Assembly (NCBI GenBank): GCA_018819925.1
Contig: JAHJPG010000096.1
Coordinates: forward strand, 207 to 64,206
Reading direction: 5' to 3'
DNA length: 64,000 bases
Source: Pseudomonadota bacterium
GTDB lineage: Bacteria > Desulfobacterota > Desulfarculia > Desulfarculales > Desulfarculaceae
This document shows positions 27,952 to 37,853 of this stretch, in pieces. Position 1 is the stretch's first letter, and each line of letters starts with the position of its first letter. The notes beneath the pieces were generated by a model. That model saw only the letters and a list, made by a program, of their open reading frames with translations, was not told the DNA's origin and did no database searches. The translations under genes were made by a program, and so were the position numbers.

Positions 27952-28677
27952 ATGCTTAATATAGAAAACATCAGTAAAAGTTTTGGCGGGGTCATGGCCC
28001 TGCACGATGTCTCCTTTAAGATCGAGGAGGGGAGCTTCGTGGGGCTCATCGGGCCCAACGGGTCGGGCAAGACCACCATGTTCAACGTGATTTCCGGCGC
28101 CCTCAAGCCCACCCACGGCCAGGTGGCCTACGAGGGAAAGACCATCAGCGGACAGACCCCCAACGCCATCTGCCATGCCGGCATTGCCCGCACTTTTCAG
28201 ATACCCCAGCCCATAAAGAGCCTCACCGTGGCCGAAAACGTCATGTTGGGAGTTTTGTTCGGCCGGGGCGGCAAACGCAAATACCAGGAAGATCGCATTA
28301 AAAATGATGCGATCAAGATGCTGGACTTCGTGGGGTTGAGCCTGGACCCGGATTCCTATCCCGAGAAAATGACCGCCGGCGATCTGCGCAAGCTGGAGTT
28401 GGCCCGGGCCCTGGCCACCCAGCCCAAAATATTATTGGCCGACGAAGTGTTGAGCGGCCTGAACAAGGATGAGCTTAAAGAGGCTTCCGAGATCCTCATC
28501 AAGACCAGGGATGAGCTGGGCGTCACCATCATCTGGGTGGAGCACATAATGCACGTGCTCATGAAGCTGGTCGAGAGGGTGATTGTTCTTAACCATGGCC
28601 TGTTGATAGCCGACGGCGACCCGGACTCCGTGTCCAACGACAAGCAGGTGGTCGAGGCTTATCTGGGCGTAGAGTGA
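27952..28677 (+). CDS. ABC ATPase (LivG-like)
   Basis: GPNGSGKTT, GIARTFQ, LELARALA..P. Confidence 0.9.
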   Translation: MLNIENISKSFGGVMALHDVSFKIEEGSFVGLIGPNGSGKTTMFNVISGALKPTHGQVAYEGKTISGQTPNAICHAGIARTFQIPQPIKSLTVAENVMLGVLFGRGGKRKYQEDRIKNDAIKMLDFVGLSLDPDSYPEKMTAGDLRKLELARALATQPKILLADEVLSGLNKDELKEASEILIKTRDELGVTIIWVEHIMHVLMKLVERVIVLNHGLLIADGDPDSVSNDKQVVEAYLGVE

Positions 28678-28690
28678 TACGGATATCGGC

Positions 28691-29395
28691 ATGCTCACAG
28701 TAGACGCAATCGACACCTTTTACGGCGAGTTCCAGGCCTTGGAGGGCATCTCCCTCAAGGTTGAGAAGGGGCAGACCGTAATCGTGGTGGGACCCAACGG
28801 AGCCGGCAAAAGCACCCTTTTAAAAACCATCCTGGGCCTGCAAAAGCCCCGCAAGGGGAGCATTAGGTTCCAAGGAGAGGAGATCACCGGGGCGCCTGCC
28901 CACAAGGTGGTGGAGCGGGGCATCTCCATGGTGCCCGAGGGCGGCCGGGTGTTCCCGGACCTGTCGGTGCAGGACAACCTCAGGGTAGGGTCCTACAATC
29001 CCGTGGCGCGCCCCAAGGCCCAAACCCAGATGGAGCAGATATTCGATCTGTTCCCCATTCTTTCCGATCGTAAAAAACAGGCGGCGGGCTCCCTAAGCGG
29101 CGGGGAGCGCCAGATGCTGGCCATCGCCCGCAGCCTGATGTCCTGCCCCAAGCTGATCATGCTGGACGAGCCCTCCCTGGGCCTGGCCCCCCTGGTGGTG
29201 AACATGGTCTTCGACTTCATCCAGAAGATGAAGGCCGAGGGCTATGCCATCCTCTTGGTGGAGCAGAACGCCAACAAGGCCTTGAAGGTGGCGGACTACG
29301 CCTACCTGGTGGAGTCCGGCAAGCTGATCTATGAGGGCGACCGGGACAGCTTCGACCAAAACCCCTACATCAAAACCGCTTACCTGGGGTTGTAA
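28691..29395 (+). CDS. ABC ATPase (LivF-like)
   Basis: GPNGAGKST, VPEGGRVF, LSGGERQMLAIAR, LDEPSLGLAP. Confidence 0.92.
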   Translation: MLTVDAIDTFYGEFQALEGISLKVEKGQTVIVVGPNGAGKSTLLKTILGLQKPRKGSIRFQGEEITGAPAHKVVERGISMVPEGGRVFPDLSVQDNLRVGSYNPVARPKAQTQMEQIFDLFPILSDRKKQAAGSLSGGERQMLAIARSLMSCPKLIMLDEPSLGLAPLVVNMVFDFIQKMKAEGYAILLVEQNANKALKVADYAYLVESGKLIYEGDRDSFDQNPYIKTAYLGL

Positions 29396-29397
29396 TC

Positions 29398-30258
29398 ATG
29401 CTCGAACAATTACTAATGGCCTTTATCAACGGCATCCTGCTGGGCGGGGTTTTGGCCCTCTTGGCCTTTGGGCTGAACCTGATCTTCGGGGTGGTCAAGA
29501 TCATCCACATGGCCTACGGCCAGTTCGTGATGCTGGGCTTTTACTTTATCTACTATTTCTACACCGCCTGGCATCTGCCCCTGTTGGTGGCCATGGCCGG
29601 CGGGATCATAGTAATGGGCCTGTTGGGCATGTTGGTGCAGCTGTTGATCATCAACCCACTGCTCGACGCGCCCCGCCTAAACCAGCTCCTGGCCCTGGCC
29701 AGCCTGATCATTGTCCTGGAAAACCTGGCCCAGGTGGTCTGGGGCGCCGACTACCGGGGCATCCCCATCTCCATGCCCATCATCCAGTTCGGCGACATCT
29801 TCATCCGCAGCTCTTACCTGCTGGCCTTCTTGGGGGCCATAGCCACCCTGGGCATCCTCTACCTGTTCCTGCACAAGACCTACTTTGGCCTGGCCATCCG
29901 TTCGGTGGCCCAGGACGTGGAAATGGCCCGGGGAATGGGCATCAACCCCAAGGTCATCTACTACATCACCCTGGCCGCCGGCGGCGCGCTCACCGGCGTG
30001 GTGGCCGCCTTCTTCATACCCATCTACACGGTGCATCCCCACTTCGGGGCCAGTTTTACTCTCATGGCCTTCGTGATCGTGGTCTTCGGCGGAATGGGCA
30101 ACCTGTTGGGCGGATTCATCAGCGCGTTCATCATCGGGGTGGTCACTTCCATCACCGCGGTGCTCGCCTCCACCGAGGTGGCCGACATCCTGGCCCTGGT
30201 CATGTTCATATTGATGATGATGGTGCGGCCCCAGGGCATTTTGGGAGCAAAGGCCTGA
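29398..30258 (+). CDS. ABC permease (LivH-like)
   Basis: NGILLGGVLALLAFGLNLIFGV..HMAYG, G.AIRSVAQD, GGMGN. Confidence 0.9.
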   Translation: MLEQLLMAFINGILLGGVLALLAFGLNLIFGVVKIIHMAYGQFVMLGFYFIYYFYTAWHLPLLVAMAGGIIVMGLLGMLVQLLIINPLLDAPRLNQLLALASLIIVLENLAQVVWGADYRGIPISMPIIQFGDIFIRSSYLLAFLGAIATLGILYLFLHKTYFGLAIRSVAQDVEMARGMGINPKVIYYITLAAGGALTGVVAAFFIPIYTVHPHFGASFTLMAFVIVVFGGMGNLLGGFISAFIIGVVTSITAVLASTEVADILALVMFILMMMVRPQGILGAKA

Positions 30259-30260
30259 GC

Positions 30261-31241
30261 ATGAAGCGCAATAGCACAACCTCCAAATTGATTATGGGCG
30301 GGGTGCTGCTGGTCATCGCGGCCGCGCCCCTGTTTGCCGAGTCGGAGTACCTGATCCACATCGGCACCCTGATTCTGCTCTGGGCCTTCGTGTCCACCGC
30401 CTGGGCCTACATGGCCCGCTTTGGCCTGGTGTCGCTGGGTCACGGGGTGTTTCTGGGCATCGGGGCCTACATACCCGTGCTGCTGTTCAACTACTACGGC
30501 ATCTCCCCCTGGCTGGGCATGCTGGCCGGGGTGATCGCCGCGGTTATCATCGCGGCCATATTGGGCTACGCCTGCTTCCGCTTCGGGCTAATCGGCGACT
30601 ACTTCGCCCTGGTCACCCTGGCCATGGCCGAGGTGGTCAGCCTGGCCATCGTGGCCTGCCGGGAGATTACCGGCGGCTCGTTGGGTTGCACCCTGAAGGC
30701 CTCGGAGGGCTGGGCCGATCTACAGTTCGACGACAAGCGCTATTTCTACTACATCATCTTCGCCTTCCTGCTTCTGGCCCTTTACATCTGGCGGCGCATC
30801 GACAAAAGCCGCATGCGCCTGGCCCTTACCGCCATCGAGGAGTCGGAGCTGGCTGCGGCGTCCATGGGGGTCAGCGTCATCCGCTTCAAGATGGGCATCA
30901 CCCTGCTCAGTGCGGGCCTCACCGCCATGGGCGGGGTGCTCTACGCCCAATACGTCACCTACATCAATCCCGGCACCATCAGCGGAGTGGGCGTCTCCCT
31001 GTCCACCTGCTTCAAGGCCATCCTGGGCGGCATGTTCAACATCTTCGGCCCGCTGGCCGGCAGCGCCATCATGGTTTCCCTGGAGGAGTACTTCAGGGTC
31101 AGTTTTGACACCGGCTTCCTGGGTGTGTCGGAGGTCATCTTCGGCATCGTCCTGTTGGTGATGATCATCTTCCTGCCTCGGGGCATCGTGGGGAGCATCT
31201 CCAAATGGCTGAACAAAAGATTTGACGCGGCAAGGAGTTAA
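30261..31241 (+). CDS. ABC permease (LivM-like)
   Basis: GLVSLGHGVFLGIGAY, GDYFALVTLA, AIEESELAA..MG, ILGG...GP. Confidence 0.9.
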   Translation: MKRNSTTSKLIMGGVLLVIAAAPLFAESEYLIHIGTLILLWAFVSTAWAYMARFGLVSLGHGVFLGIGAYIPVLLFNYYGISPWLGMLAGVIAAVIIAAILGYACFRFGLIGDYFALVTLAMAEVVSLAIVACREITGGSLGCTLKASEGWADLQFDDKRYFYYIIFAFLLLALYIWRRIDKSRMRLALTAIEESELAAASMGVSVIRFKMGITLLSAGLTAMGGVLYAQYVTYINPGTISGVGVSLSTCFKAILGGMFNIFGPLAGSAIMVSLEEYFRVSFDTGFLGVSEVIFGIVLLVMIIFLPRGIVGSISKWLNKRFDAARS

Positions 31242-31243
31242 GC

Positions 31244-32422
31244 GTGAAGACAACTTTTTACGACATGGAAAAACTCAGCGCCTTCTTGGCGAGCAAAAAG
31301 ACCCTGTTGGGCCGGGGGGCCATAGCCCAGGCGGGCCAGGAGGCCAAAAAGTTGGCTGCCGGCAAGGTGTTGGTGGTCACCGACGCGGGCGTGGTCAAGG
31401 CGGGGCTGGTGGCGGCGGTGGAGGAGTCTCTGCGCCGCGAGGGCCTGGAGGTGGGGGTGTTCGACGGCATCCTGCCCGAGCCCCCGGCGCGGGTCATCGA
31501 CCAATGCGCCGACGCCTTCCGCCAGGGTGGATACGACCTGTGCCTGGGCCTGGGGGGCGGCAGCTCCCTGGATTCGGCCAAGATGGTGGCGGCCTTGGCC
31601 GCCAACTCCGGCTCGGTGCTAGACTACGTGGGCCTGGACATGTTGCCCAAAAAGGGCGCGCCCCTGGTCCTGGTGCCCACCACGGCGGGCACCGGCAGCG
31701 AGGCCACCCGGGTCACCGTGCTCACCGACGAATCCGACAACACCAAGAAGGTGGTCTTCAGCGACTACCTGTTGCCGGACTTGTCAATACTGGACCCTGT
31801 CCTGACCCTGTCCATGCCCCCTTCGGTGACCGCGGACACCGGTCTGGACGCCCTGGTGCATGCCATCGAAACCTACGTTTCGGTGAACACCACCCCCTAC
31901 GCGGAGATATTGTCCCTACAAGCCATAGCCATGATCGCCCGCCACCTACCCCAGGCCTATGCCAAGGGCGGCAATCTGCTGGCCCGTTACAACATGCTTT
32001 TCGCGGCCAACATATCCGGCTCGGCCTTTGCCAGCGGCGGCCTGGGCGCGGTGCACGGCCTGGCCTACGTCTTGGGCACCGAATACCACATGGCTCACGG
32101 CCGCTCCAACGCCATCATGCTGCCCCACGTCATGGCCTTCAACCTCAGCGGCAACCTGGAAAAGTACGCCAACATCGCCGAGGCCATGGGCGAGGACACC
32201 CTGAGGCTGTCCCCCTACGAGGCCGCCGCCCAGGCGGTGAGCGCGGTGCGCTCCCTCATGGAGGCGGTGAACGTCTCCGGCCGCCTGAGCGATTACGGCG
32301 TCAGCCGCGACGACCTGCCCAAGCTGGTGCAGGGAGGGCTGGCCCAGGCCCGGTTATTCGTGCCCAATCCCAGAGACCTCAGCGAGGCCGACGTGGAGCA
32401 AATCTACGCGGGAGCCTTTTAG
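31244..32422 (+). CDS. iron-containing alcohol dehydrogenase
   Basis: GGGSSLDSAK, PTTAGTGSE, DALVHAIE, HGLAY.LG..H..HG. Confidence 0.92.
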   Translation: MKTTFYDMEKLSAFLASKKTLLGRGAIAQAGQEAKKLAAGKVLVVTDAGVVKAGLVAAVEESLRREGLEVGVFDGILPEPPARVIDQCADAFRQGGYDLCLGLGGGSSLDSAKMVAALAANSGSVLDYVGLDMLPKKGAPLVLVPTTAGTGSEATRVTVLTDESDNTKKVVFSDYLLPDLSILDPVLTLSMPPSVTADTGLDALVHAIETYVSVNTTPYAEILSLQAIAMIARHLPQAYAKGGNLLARYNMLFAANISGSAFASGGLGAVHGLAYVLGTEYHMAHGRSNAIMLPHVMAFNLSGNLEKYANIAEAMGEDTLRLSPYEAAAQAVSAVRSLMEAVNVSGRLSDYGVSRDDLPKLVQGGLAQARLFVPNPRDLSEADVEQIYAGAF

Positions 32423-32443
32423 GGCCCCAGCTTTCTTGGACCA

Positions 32444-32488
32444 ATAAAAGCGGCGCGCCGTCATCAAGTGGCGGCGCGCCGCTTTTAT
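32444..32488. terminator. bidirectional intrinsic terminator
   Basis: ATAAAAGCGGCGCGCCG / CGGCGCGCCGCTTTTAT between convergent genes. Confidence 0.85.
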
Positions 32489-32510
32489 GGTTTCAGCAAA
32501 GGCGTGGGAG

Positions 32511-33452
32511 CTAATCGGCCATCAATGACCTGAGATAATCTTGCAGGCTTTCGCGGTCCAAATATTGCTCATGCACCGCGCTCCTTATGCCCTCCAATTC
32601 GTCCTTGAAATTCTGAATGACGACTTGGTTGTCGGTGGTGAAGCCGGTGAGCTTGCCGGTGCGCATGCCCTGGAAGCGGTGCGGCGCCAGCCTGGTAATC
32701 AAAAGCTTTTCGCTCTCGCGGGTTTCGGGCGAAGGGGTCTTGAGCACGAAGCTGAAGGTAGGGCAACTGTTGGTCAGGAAAAAATGCCAGTTTTCATATT
32801 GGTCCAGGGAGGTAAGAACGTTTTGCAGATGCTTCAGGCGCCACTGTTTTTCAACGGGGTCCTCGCAGAGCAGCAGGTAATCCTCCAGGCATTTTTTGCA
32901 GATGTATTGCTCCACCGCGTGGTGGGCCAGGTTTTTGTCCATTACCTGTCGGCGCTCGTCCCCGATGGCCTCCACCAACTCGCCGTAGATGGGGTGCATT
33001 TTGGACAGGCGGCGCTCCGAATACAGCCGGTGGCCCTGGGCCCGCAGGCAAACCGTGGGTTCGGAGCTGACCACCACATGGACCCCGGGCAGGCGCTCGG
33101 CCGCCAACATCATCAGGTCCAGGGAATAGCGGTCCCGCACCGGCAACATGGCCGAGGTGATGGTCCCTTTTTCGGCGGTCTGCAAGAAAATGGGAATGTC
33201 CTGCCTAGACAGGGGGGCCCGGTCAAAGATGTTGAGCATCTGGTCGGTTTCGTTCAAATCCAGGTTCAGGGCCACGGCCAAGGCGATCAATTTCTCCCTG
33301 GCCACGTTGGCTATGATGCCCTGCTCAAGATCCCTGATGTAGGTGTTGGACAGGCCCGAAATCACGGCCACTTGGTTGCGAGGCATGGGGCTTTTCGCCA
33401 GAAGTTCCTGGATGAACTCCGCGCTTGCCTTCACCCGGTCAAATGCCTGCAA
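32511..33452 (-). CDS. XRE/Cro-like HTH transcriptional regulator with uncharacterised C-terminal domain
   Basis: N-terminal RNQVAVISGLSNTYIRDLEQG..NVAREKLIALAVAL fits the XRE HTH pattern; divergent from catabolic operon. Confidence 0.7.
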   Translation of the reverse strand: MQAFDRVKASAEFIQELLAKSPMPRNQVAVISGLSNTYIRDLEQGIIANVAREKLIALAVALNLDLNETDQMLNIFDRAPLSRQDIPIFLQTAEKGTITSAMLPVRDRYSLDLMMLAAERLPGVHVVVSSEPTVCLRAQGHRLYSERRLSKMHPIYGELVEAIGDERRQVMDKNLAHHAVEQYICKKCLEDYLLLCEDPVEKQWRLKHLQNVLTSLDQYENWHFFLTNSCPTFSFVLKTPSPETRESEKLLITRLAPHRFQGMRTGKLTGFTTDNQVVIQNFKDELEGIRSAVHEQYLDRESLQDYLRSLMAD

Positions 33453-33744
33453 TCTCGCATCTCCAGTATATGTTCATTTCGCTTCATAATATAGGGCAAG
33501 GCGGTTTTGTCAAACCCAGTGTTTGTGGCAGGCTTGCCTTCATAACAATTGGATACCGTTACGCTTATATTCTTTCATTTGCATTATACATTATATTTTA
33601 AACGTATTTGAAATAAACTGTTGACATGGTTTGAGGGTAATTGCTAACAAAGTAGTGCGGCCGCCGGAAAGCTTCCGGCATCGGCGGCAAGGCGCTGTCG
33701 CCACCATACCCGCCATAACCTTTGATGAGGGGGAGGCCTGCAAG

Positions 33745-34518
33745 ATGAAGGTGCTCTATGAGGTCAAAGACAATATAGCCTACATCACCCTTAATCGCCC
33801 CGAGGTGATGAACGCCATGGATGTTGAAACCTATCAACTGCTTTCCAAGGCCTGGTGCGAGGTGCGCGACAATCCCGAGGTATGGGCGGCCGTGGTCACC
33901 GGGGCCGGGGACAAGGCCTTCACCGCCGGGGCGGATCTTAAAACCGCCATTCCCCGCCAGCCGGAAAAATACGAGTTTTGGCAGACCCAAAAAGACCAGA
34001 TACTCAACCGGGGCCTGGAGGTGTGGAAGCCCATCGTGGCCGCGGTGAACGGCTACTGCCTGGCCGGAGGCATGACCCTGCTGTTGGCCACGGACATCAG
34101 AGTGGCCTGCGAGGACGCGGTGTTCCAGATCCCCGAGGTGAAGCGGGGCATCCTGCCAGCCAACGGCGGCACCCAGCGCATCGCCCGGCAGCTTCCCTAT
34201 GCCGTGGCCATGGAGATGGTGCTGCTGGGCCGCCGCCTTAGCGCCCAGGAGGCCCTGCAATTTGGGCTAATCAACAAGGTGGTGCCCCGGGACCAGCTCA
34301 TGGAGGCGGCCGGGGAATACGCCCTGGCCCTGGCCCAGAGCCCGCCCCTGGCCCTGCAAGCCATCAAGGAGCTGGTGGTTCGCTCCCAGAGCCTGTCCCT
34401 GGACGAGGGCATCCGTTTGGAGACCACCATCTTCGAGTTGCTCAAAACCACCGAGGACGCCAAGGAGGGCCCCCGGGCCTTTGCCGAGAAACGTCCGCCC
34501 CGGTGGCAGGGCAAGTAG
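33745..34518 (+). CDS. enoyl-CoA hydratase/isomerase (crotonase family)
   Basis: ITLNRPEVMNA, AFTAGADL, KPIVAAVNGYCLAGG, PEVKRG..GGTQR, F.EKR.P.W.G. Confidence 0.93.
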   Translation: MKVLYEVKDNIAYITLNRPEVMNAMDVETYQLLSKAWCEVRDNPEVWAAVVTGAGDKAFTAGADLKTAIPRQPEKYEFWQTQKDQILNRGLEVWKPIVAAVNGYCLAGGMTLLLATDIRVACEDAVFQIPEVKRGILPANGGTQRIARQLPYAVAMEMVLLGRRLSAQEALQFGLINKVVPRDQLMEAAGEYALALAQSPPLALQAIKELVVRSQSLSLDEGIRLETTIFELLKTTEDAKEGPRAFAEKRPPRWQGK

Positions 34519-34548
34519 CAAGATCGTCATCATGGCTGGGAGGTAGCG

Positions 34549-35733
34549 ATGAGCGTTTTGAGCCGGGTCAAGGTGTTGGACATGAGCCACGCCCTGGCCG
34601 GCCCCTTTTGCGGCATGCTTTTGGCCGACTTCGGGGCCCAAGTCATCAAGGTGGAGCATCCCCACGGCGACCATTTCCGCCCCTTGCTGGGCGGGGCCTA
34701 CCACGCCGCCGTGAACCGCAACAAGCGCGACATATCCCTGGACCTCAAACAGCCCCAAGCCGTGGAGGTGGTCGAGAAGCTCATCGCCGATTCCGACGTG
34801 CTAATCGAGAGCTTCACTCCCGGCGCCATGGAGCGGCTGGGCCTGGGCTATGAGGCGGCCCGGCAAATCAACCCCCGGATCATCTACTGCTCCATTTCGG
34901 GCTTCGGTCAAACAGGACCCTACCGAAACCTGCCCGGATACGACGTGGTGGCCCAGGCCATGTGCGGCATCATGATGTGCACCGGCCAGCCGGATTCCCC
35001 GCCGGTGCGGGTCGGCGCCTCCTGGATAGACATGGGCGCGGGCATGTACACCATGATCGGGGTGATGGCCGCCCTCATGGAGCGCGAGCAGACCGGCCAG
35101 GGCAAGCAGGTGGACGTGAGCCTCATGGACACGGCCCTGTCCTGGATGTCACCGCTCATCGCCCGCTACGCCATGAGCGGGGAGCTGCCCCAGCGGGCCG
35201 GTTCGGCCCTGGCCGCCTTCTCGCCCTACCAGGTTTTCAAGGCCAAGGACGGCTACTTGTTCATCGGCGCCAGCACCGAGAAGTTTTGGCGGGCGCTGTG
35301 CAAGATACTGGGCCTGGAGCATCTTCAGGAAGACCCTCGCTTTGCGGACAACGCAGCGAGAGTGAAAAACCGCGACGAACTCACCGGCCTCATTGAGCAT
35401 GCCCTGGCGGCCATGGACCGGGATGAGGTGGTGGGAAAACTGCGCCGGGCAGGCATGCCCTGCGGACCGGTATTGGACGTGGGCCAGGTCTTGGATGACC
35501 CCCACGTGCGGGAGCGGGGAGTTTTGCAGAACTGGGAGCACCCCCAGATGGGCACCCTGACCCAGGTGAAAACTCCCATCGCCCTCCAGGGCGAGATGCC
35601 GACGATAAAAACTCCCGCCCCCGGGGTGGGCCAGCACACCCGGGAGGTCCTGGCGGAATTGGGTTACGGCGCGGAGCGGATCGAACAACTGCTGGCAACG
35701 GGGGCGGCCGCTGCCGCGCCTTTGGCTAACTGA
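34549..35733 (+). CDS. class III CoA-transferase (CaiB/BaiF family)
   Basis: LAGPFC..LLADFGA.VIKVE, NRNKR, SISGFGQTGP, GYD, P.VGQHT.EVL. Confidence 0.93.
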   Translation: MSVLSRVKVLDMSHALAGPFCGMLLADFGAQVIKVEHPHGDHFRPLLGGAYHAAVNRNKRDISLDLKQPQAVEVVEKLIADSDVLIESFTPGAMERLGLGYEAARQINPRIIYCSISGFGQTGPYRNLPGYDVVAQAMCGIMMCTGQPDSPPVRVGASWIDMGAGMYTMIGVMAALMEREQTGQGKQVDVSLMDTALSWMSPLIARYAMSGELPQRAGSALAAFSPYQVFKAKDGYLFIGASTEKFWRALCKILGLEHLQEDPRFADNAARVKNRDELTGLIEHALAAMDRDEVVGKLRRAGMPCGPVLDVGQVLDDPHVRERGVLQNWEHPQMGTLTQVKTPIALQGEMPTIKTPAPGVGQHTREVLAELGYGAERIEQLLATGAAAAAPLAN

Positions 35734-35761
35734 CCCTGCATAGCGGAGAGGCGAAGCTAAC

Positions 35762-36643
35762 ATGAGGCCATTGCGCTCGATGTTGTTCGTGCCCGGGCAC
35801 AAGCCGTCCTGGGCGGAAAAAGCCTGGCGGGCCCAACCGGACGCCTTGATCCTGGATCTGGAAGACGCGGTGCCCCTGGCCCAAAAGGAGGAGGCCCGCC
35901 GTCTGGTTAGGCAGACCCTGGACCAGGCCCGGCCCGATCAGTTCTGCTGCGTGCGCATAAACAGCTTGGCCGCGGGCATGATGGAGGAAGACCTGGACGC
36001 GGTGGTCAGCCCCAATCTGGGGGCGGTGCTGGTGCCCAAGGTCTACAAGAGCGAGGAGGTCGCCCGGGTTTCCGAGGCCATCGCCGGGCGGGAGGCCGCC
36101 TGGGGCCTGCCCATCGGGGGCATCGCCATGCCCCTGTTGCTGGAGACCGCCCAGGGCATGCGCCACGCCTACGATATCGCCACGGCCAACCCCCGGGTCA
36201 ACGCCATCCTGATGTCCGCCGGGCCGGGAGGCGACGCGGCCCGGGCCATAGGCTACCAGTGGAGCAAGCAGGGAACCGAGACGCTCTACCTGCGCTCCAA
36301 GATCGTCCTGGACGCCCGCGCCGCCGGCGTGTCCCCCCTTATCAATTCCTGGTACGACGTGGCCGACCTGCAAGGCCTGGCCGTGGACGCGCGCCTGAAC
36401 CGCAGCCTGGGCTACCAGGGCATGGCTCTGATCCATCCCAGCCACGTTCCGGTGGTCAATGAAATCTTTACGCCCACCGAACAGGAGATGGCTTTTTACG
36501 CGGGCCTGCTGGCCGTATTCGAGGAAGCGGAGAAGAAGGGCCACGCCGCGGTGATTTACGAAGGGGACATGGTGGACTACGCCATGGCCCAGACCGCCCG
36601 AGAGTTTCTGGAGTTTGCCCGGGAATTGGGGATCACCGTCTAG
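35762..36643 (+). CDS. CitE-like CoA-ester lyase (citryl/malyl/citramalyl-CoA lyase family)
   Basis: LRSMLFVPG, DALILDLEDAV, VRIN, LLETAQG, LGYQG..IHP..V..VN..F.P. Confidence 0.92.
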   Translation: MRPLRSMLFVPGHKPSWAEKAWRAQPDALILDLEDAVPLAQKEEARRLVRQTLDQARPDQFCCVRINSLAAGMMEEDLDAVVSPNLGAVLVPKVYKSEEVARVSEAIAGREAAWGLPIGGIAMPLLLETAQGMRHAYDIATANPRVNAILMSAGPGGDAARAIGYQWSKQGTETLYLRSKIVLDARAAGVSPLINSWYDVADLQGLAVDARLNRSLGYQGMALIHPSHVPVVNEIFTPTEQEMAFYAGLLAVFEEAEKKGHAAVIYEGDMVDYAMAQTAREFLEFARELGITV

Positions 36644-36716
36644 GGCCGTCCTGACGTTCCCAACACCTTGCGGGCCTCTTCAGCATAAAACCAGTGTTCC
36701 AAGAGGGAGGGAGACA

Positions 36717-37772
36717 ATGAAAAAGTCCGTTTTGCTCATGATGGCGGCCCTTGCCGTGGCTCTGTGCTTCTCGGCGGCAGGCCCTGCCCAAGCGGCCCAG
36801 CCGGAATTCACCCTGGTGTTCGAGTCGGTGTATCCCAAGGGGCACATGCGCTTTTTGGTGGTGGACGACCTGCTGGACCGCATCGAGGCCAATTCCAAGG
36901 GACGCATCAAATTTGAACGCCACTACGGCGGCGAGCCGGTGAGTAAAAAAGAGGCCCTCAACGCCTTGAGCAAGGGGGTCATCGACCTGCTCATGGCCTA
37001 TCCCACCTATTACGACGGAAAGATCGCCATTGGCGACTGGCAGCAGCTGCCATCCAACTTCCGCGGCTGGGAAGATTGCTGGGACCTGACGGTAAACGGC
37101 CCGGTGGCCGCGATAATGGACAAGGCCTACAGCAAGGTGGCCAAGGTGAAGTACATCACCTGCACCCCCGTGGCCCCCTACAACTTCCAGGTGGCCAAGA
37201 AGGCCCACAAGATCCGCAAGGTCGAGGACTTCGAGGGCATGAAGATCCGCAGCGCCGGCGGCTCGGCCTCCATCGCCATCAAGATGCTGGGAGCCTCGCC
37301 GGTGATGACCATCGGCGGCGAGTATTACCAGGCCATGCAAAAGGGCGTGGTGGACGCCGGCCTGATGACCACCTACTCCCTTAAGCAGTACCGGCTTTGG
37401 GAAGTGGCCGACCAGGTGGTGAACCCGCCCCTCATCGGCTACGCCGCCGGCTTCCTGTGGATGAGCAACAAGGCCTGGCGCAAGCTGCCCAAGGATCTCC
37501 AGGAGATGATAATCAAGACCGCCCGGGCCAAGGACCTGTGGTCCAAGTGGGTGGGCATCTATGAAAAGGACCAGGACGGCCCCATCATCGCCGAGGCCAA
37601 GAAGCGCGGGGTTGAATTCTACACCCTGCCACCGGCCCAGGCCGAGGCCATGTACAAGAAAACCCAGCCGGTGTGGGACTGGTACGTGGAGCAATGCGAT
37701 AAGCAAGGCCTGGGCTCGGAAGCCCGCGAGGTGAGGAAGCTCATCCTGGACCGCTTCAACCAAGGCAGGTAG
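36717..37772 (+). CDS. dctP: TRAP transporter substrate-binding protein DctP
   Basis: Signal peptide, GMKIRSAG, YQAMQKGVVDA. Confidence 0.88.
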   Translation: MKKSVLLMMAALAVALCFSAAGPAQAAQPEFTLVFESVYPKGHMRFLVVDDLLDRIEANSKGRIKFERHYGGEPVSKKEALNALSKGVIDLLMAYPTYYDGKIAIGDWQQLPSNFRGWEDCWDLTVNGPVAAIMDKAYSKVAKVKYITCTPVAPYNFQVAKKAHKIRKVEDFEGMKIRSAGGSASIAIKMLGASPVMTIGGEYYQAMQKGVVDAGLMTTYSLKQYRLWEVADQVVNPPLIGYAAGFLWMSNKAWRKLPKDLQEMIIKTARAKDLWSKWVGIYEKDQDGPIIAEAKKRGVEFYTLPPAQAEAMYKKTQPVWDWYVEQCDKQGLGSEAREVRKLILDRFNQGR

Positions 37773-37853
37773 AGACACCCGGCCCCCGGGTGGAGAGGCT
37801 GGGGCTCTCCACCCGGGAGTATGGCCGGCGTGGGCATCAAAGAGGGAGCGAAA

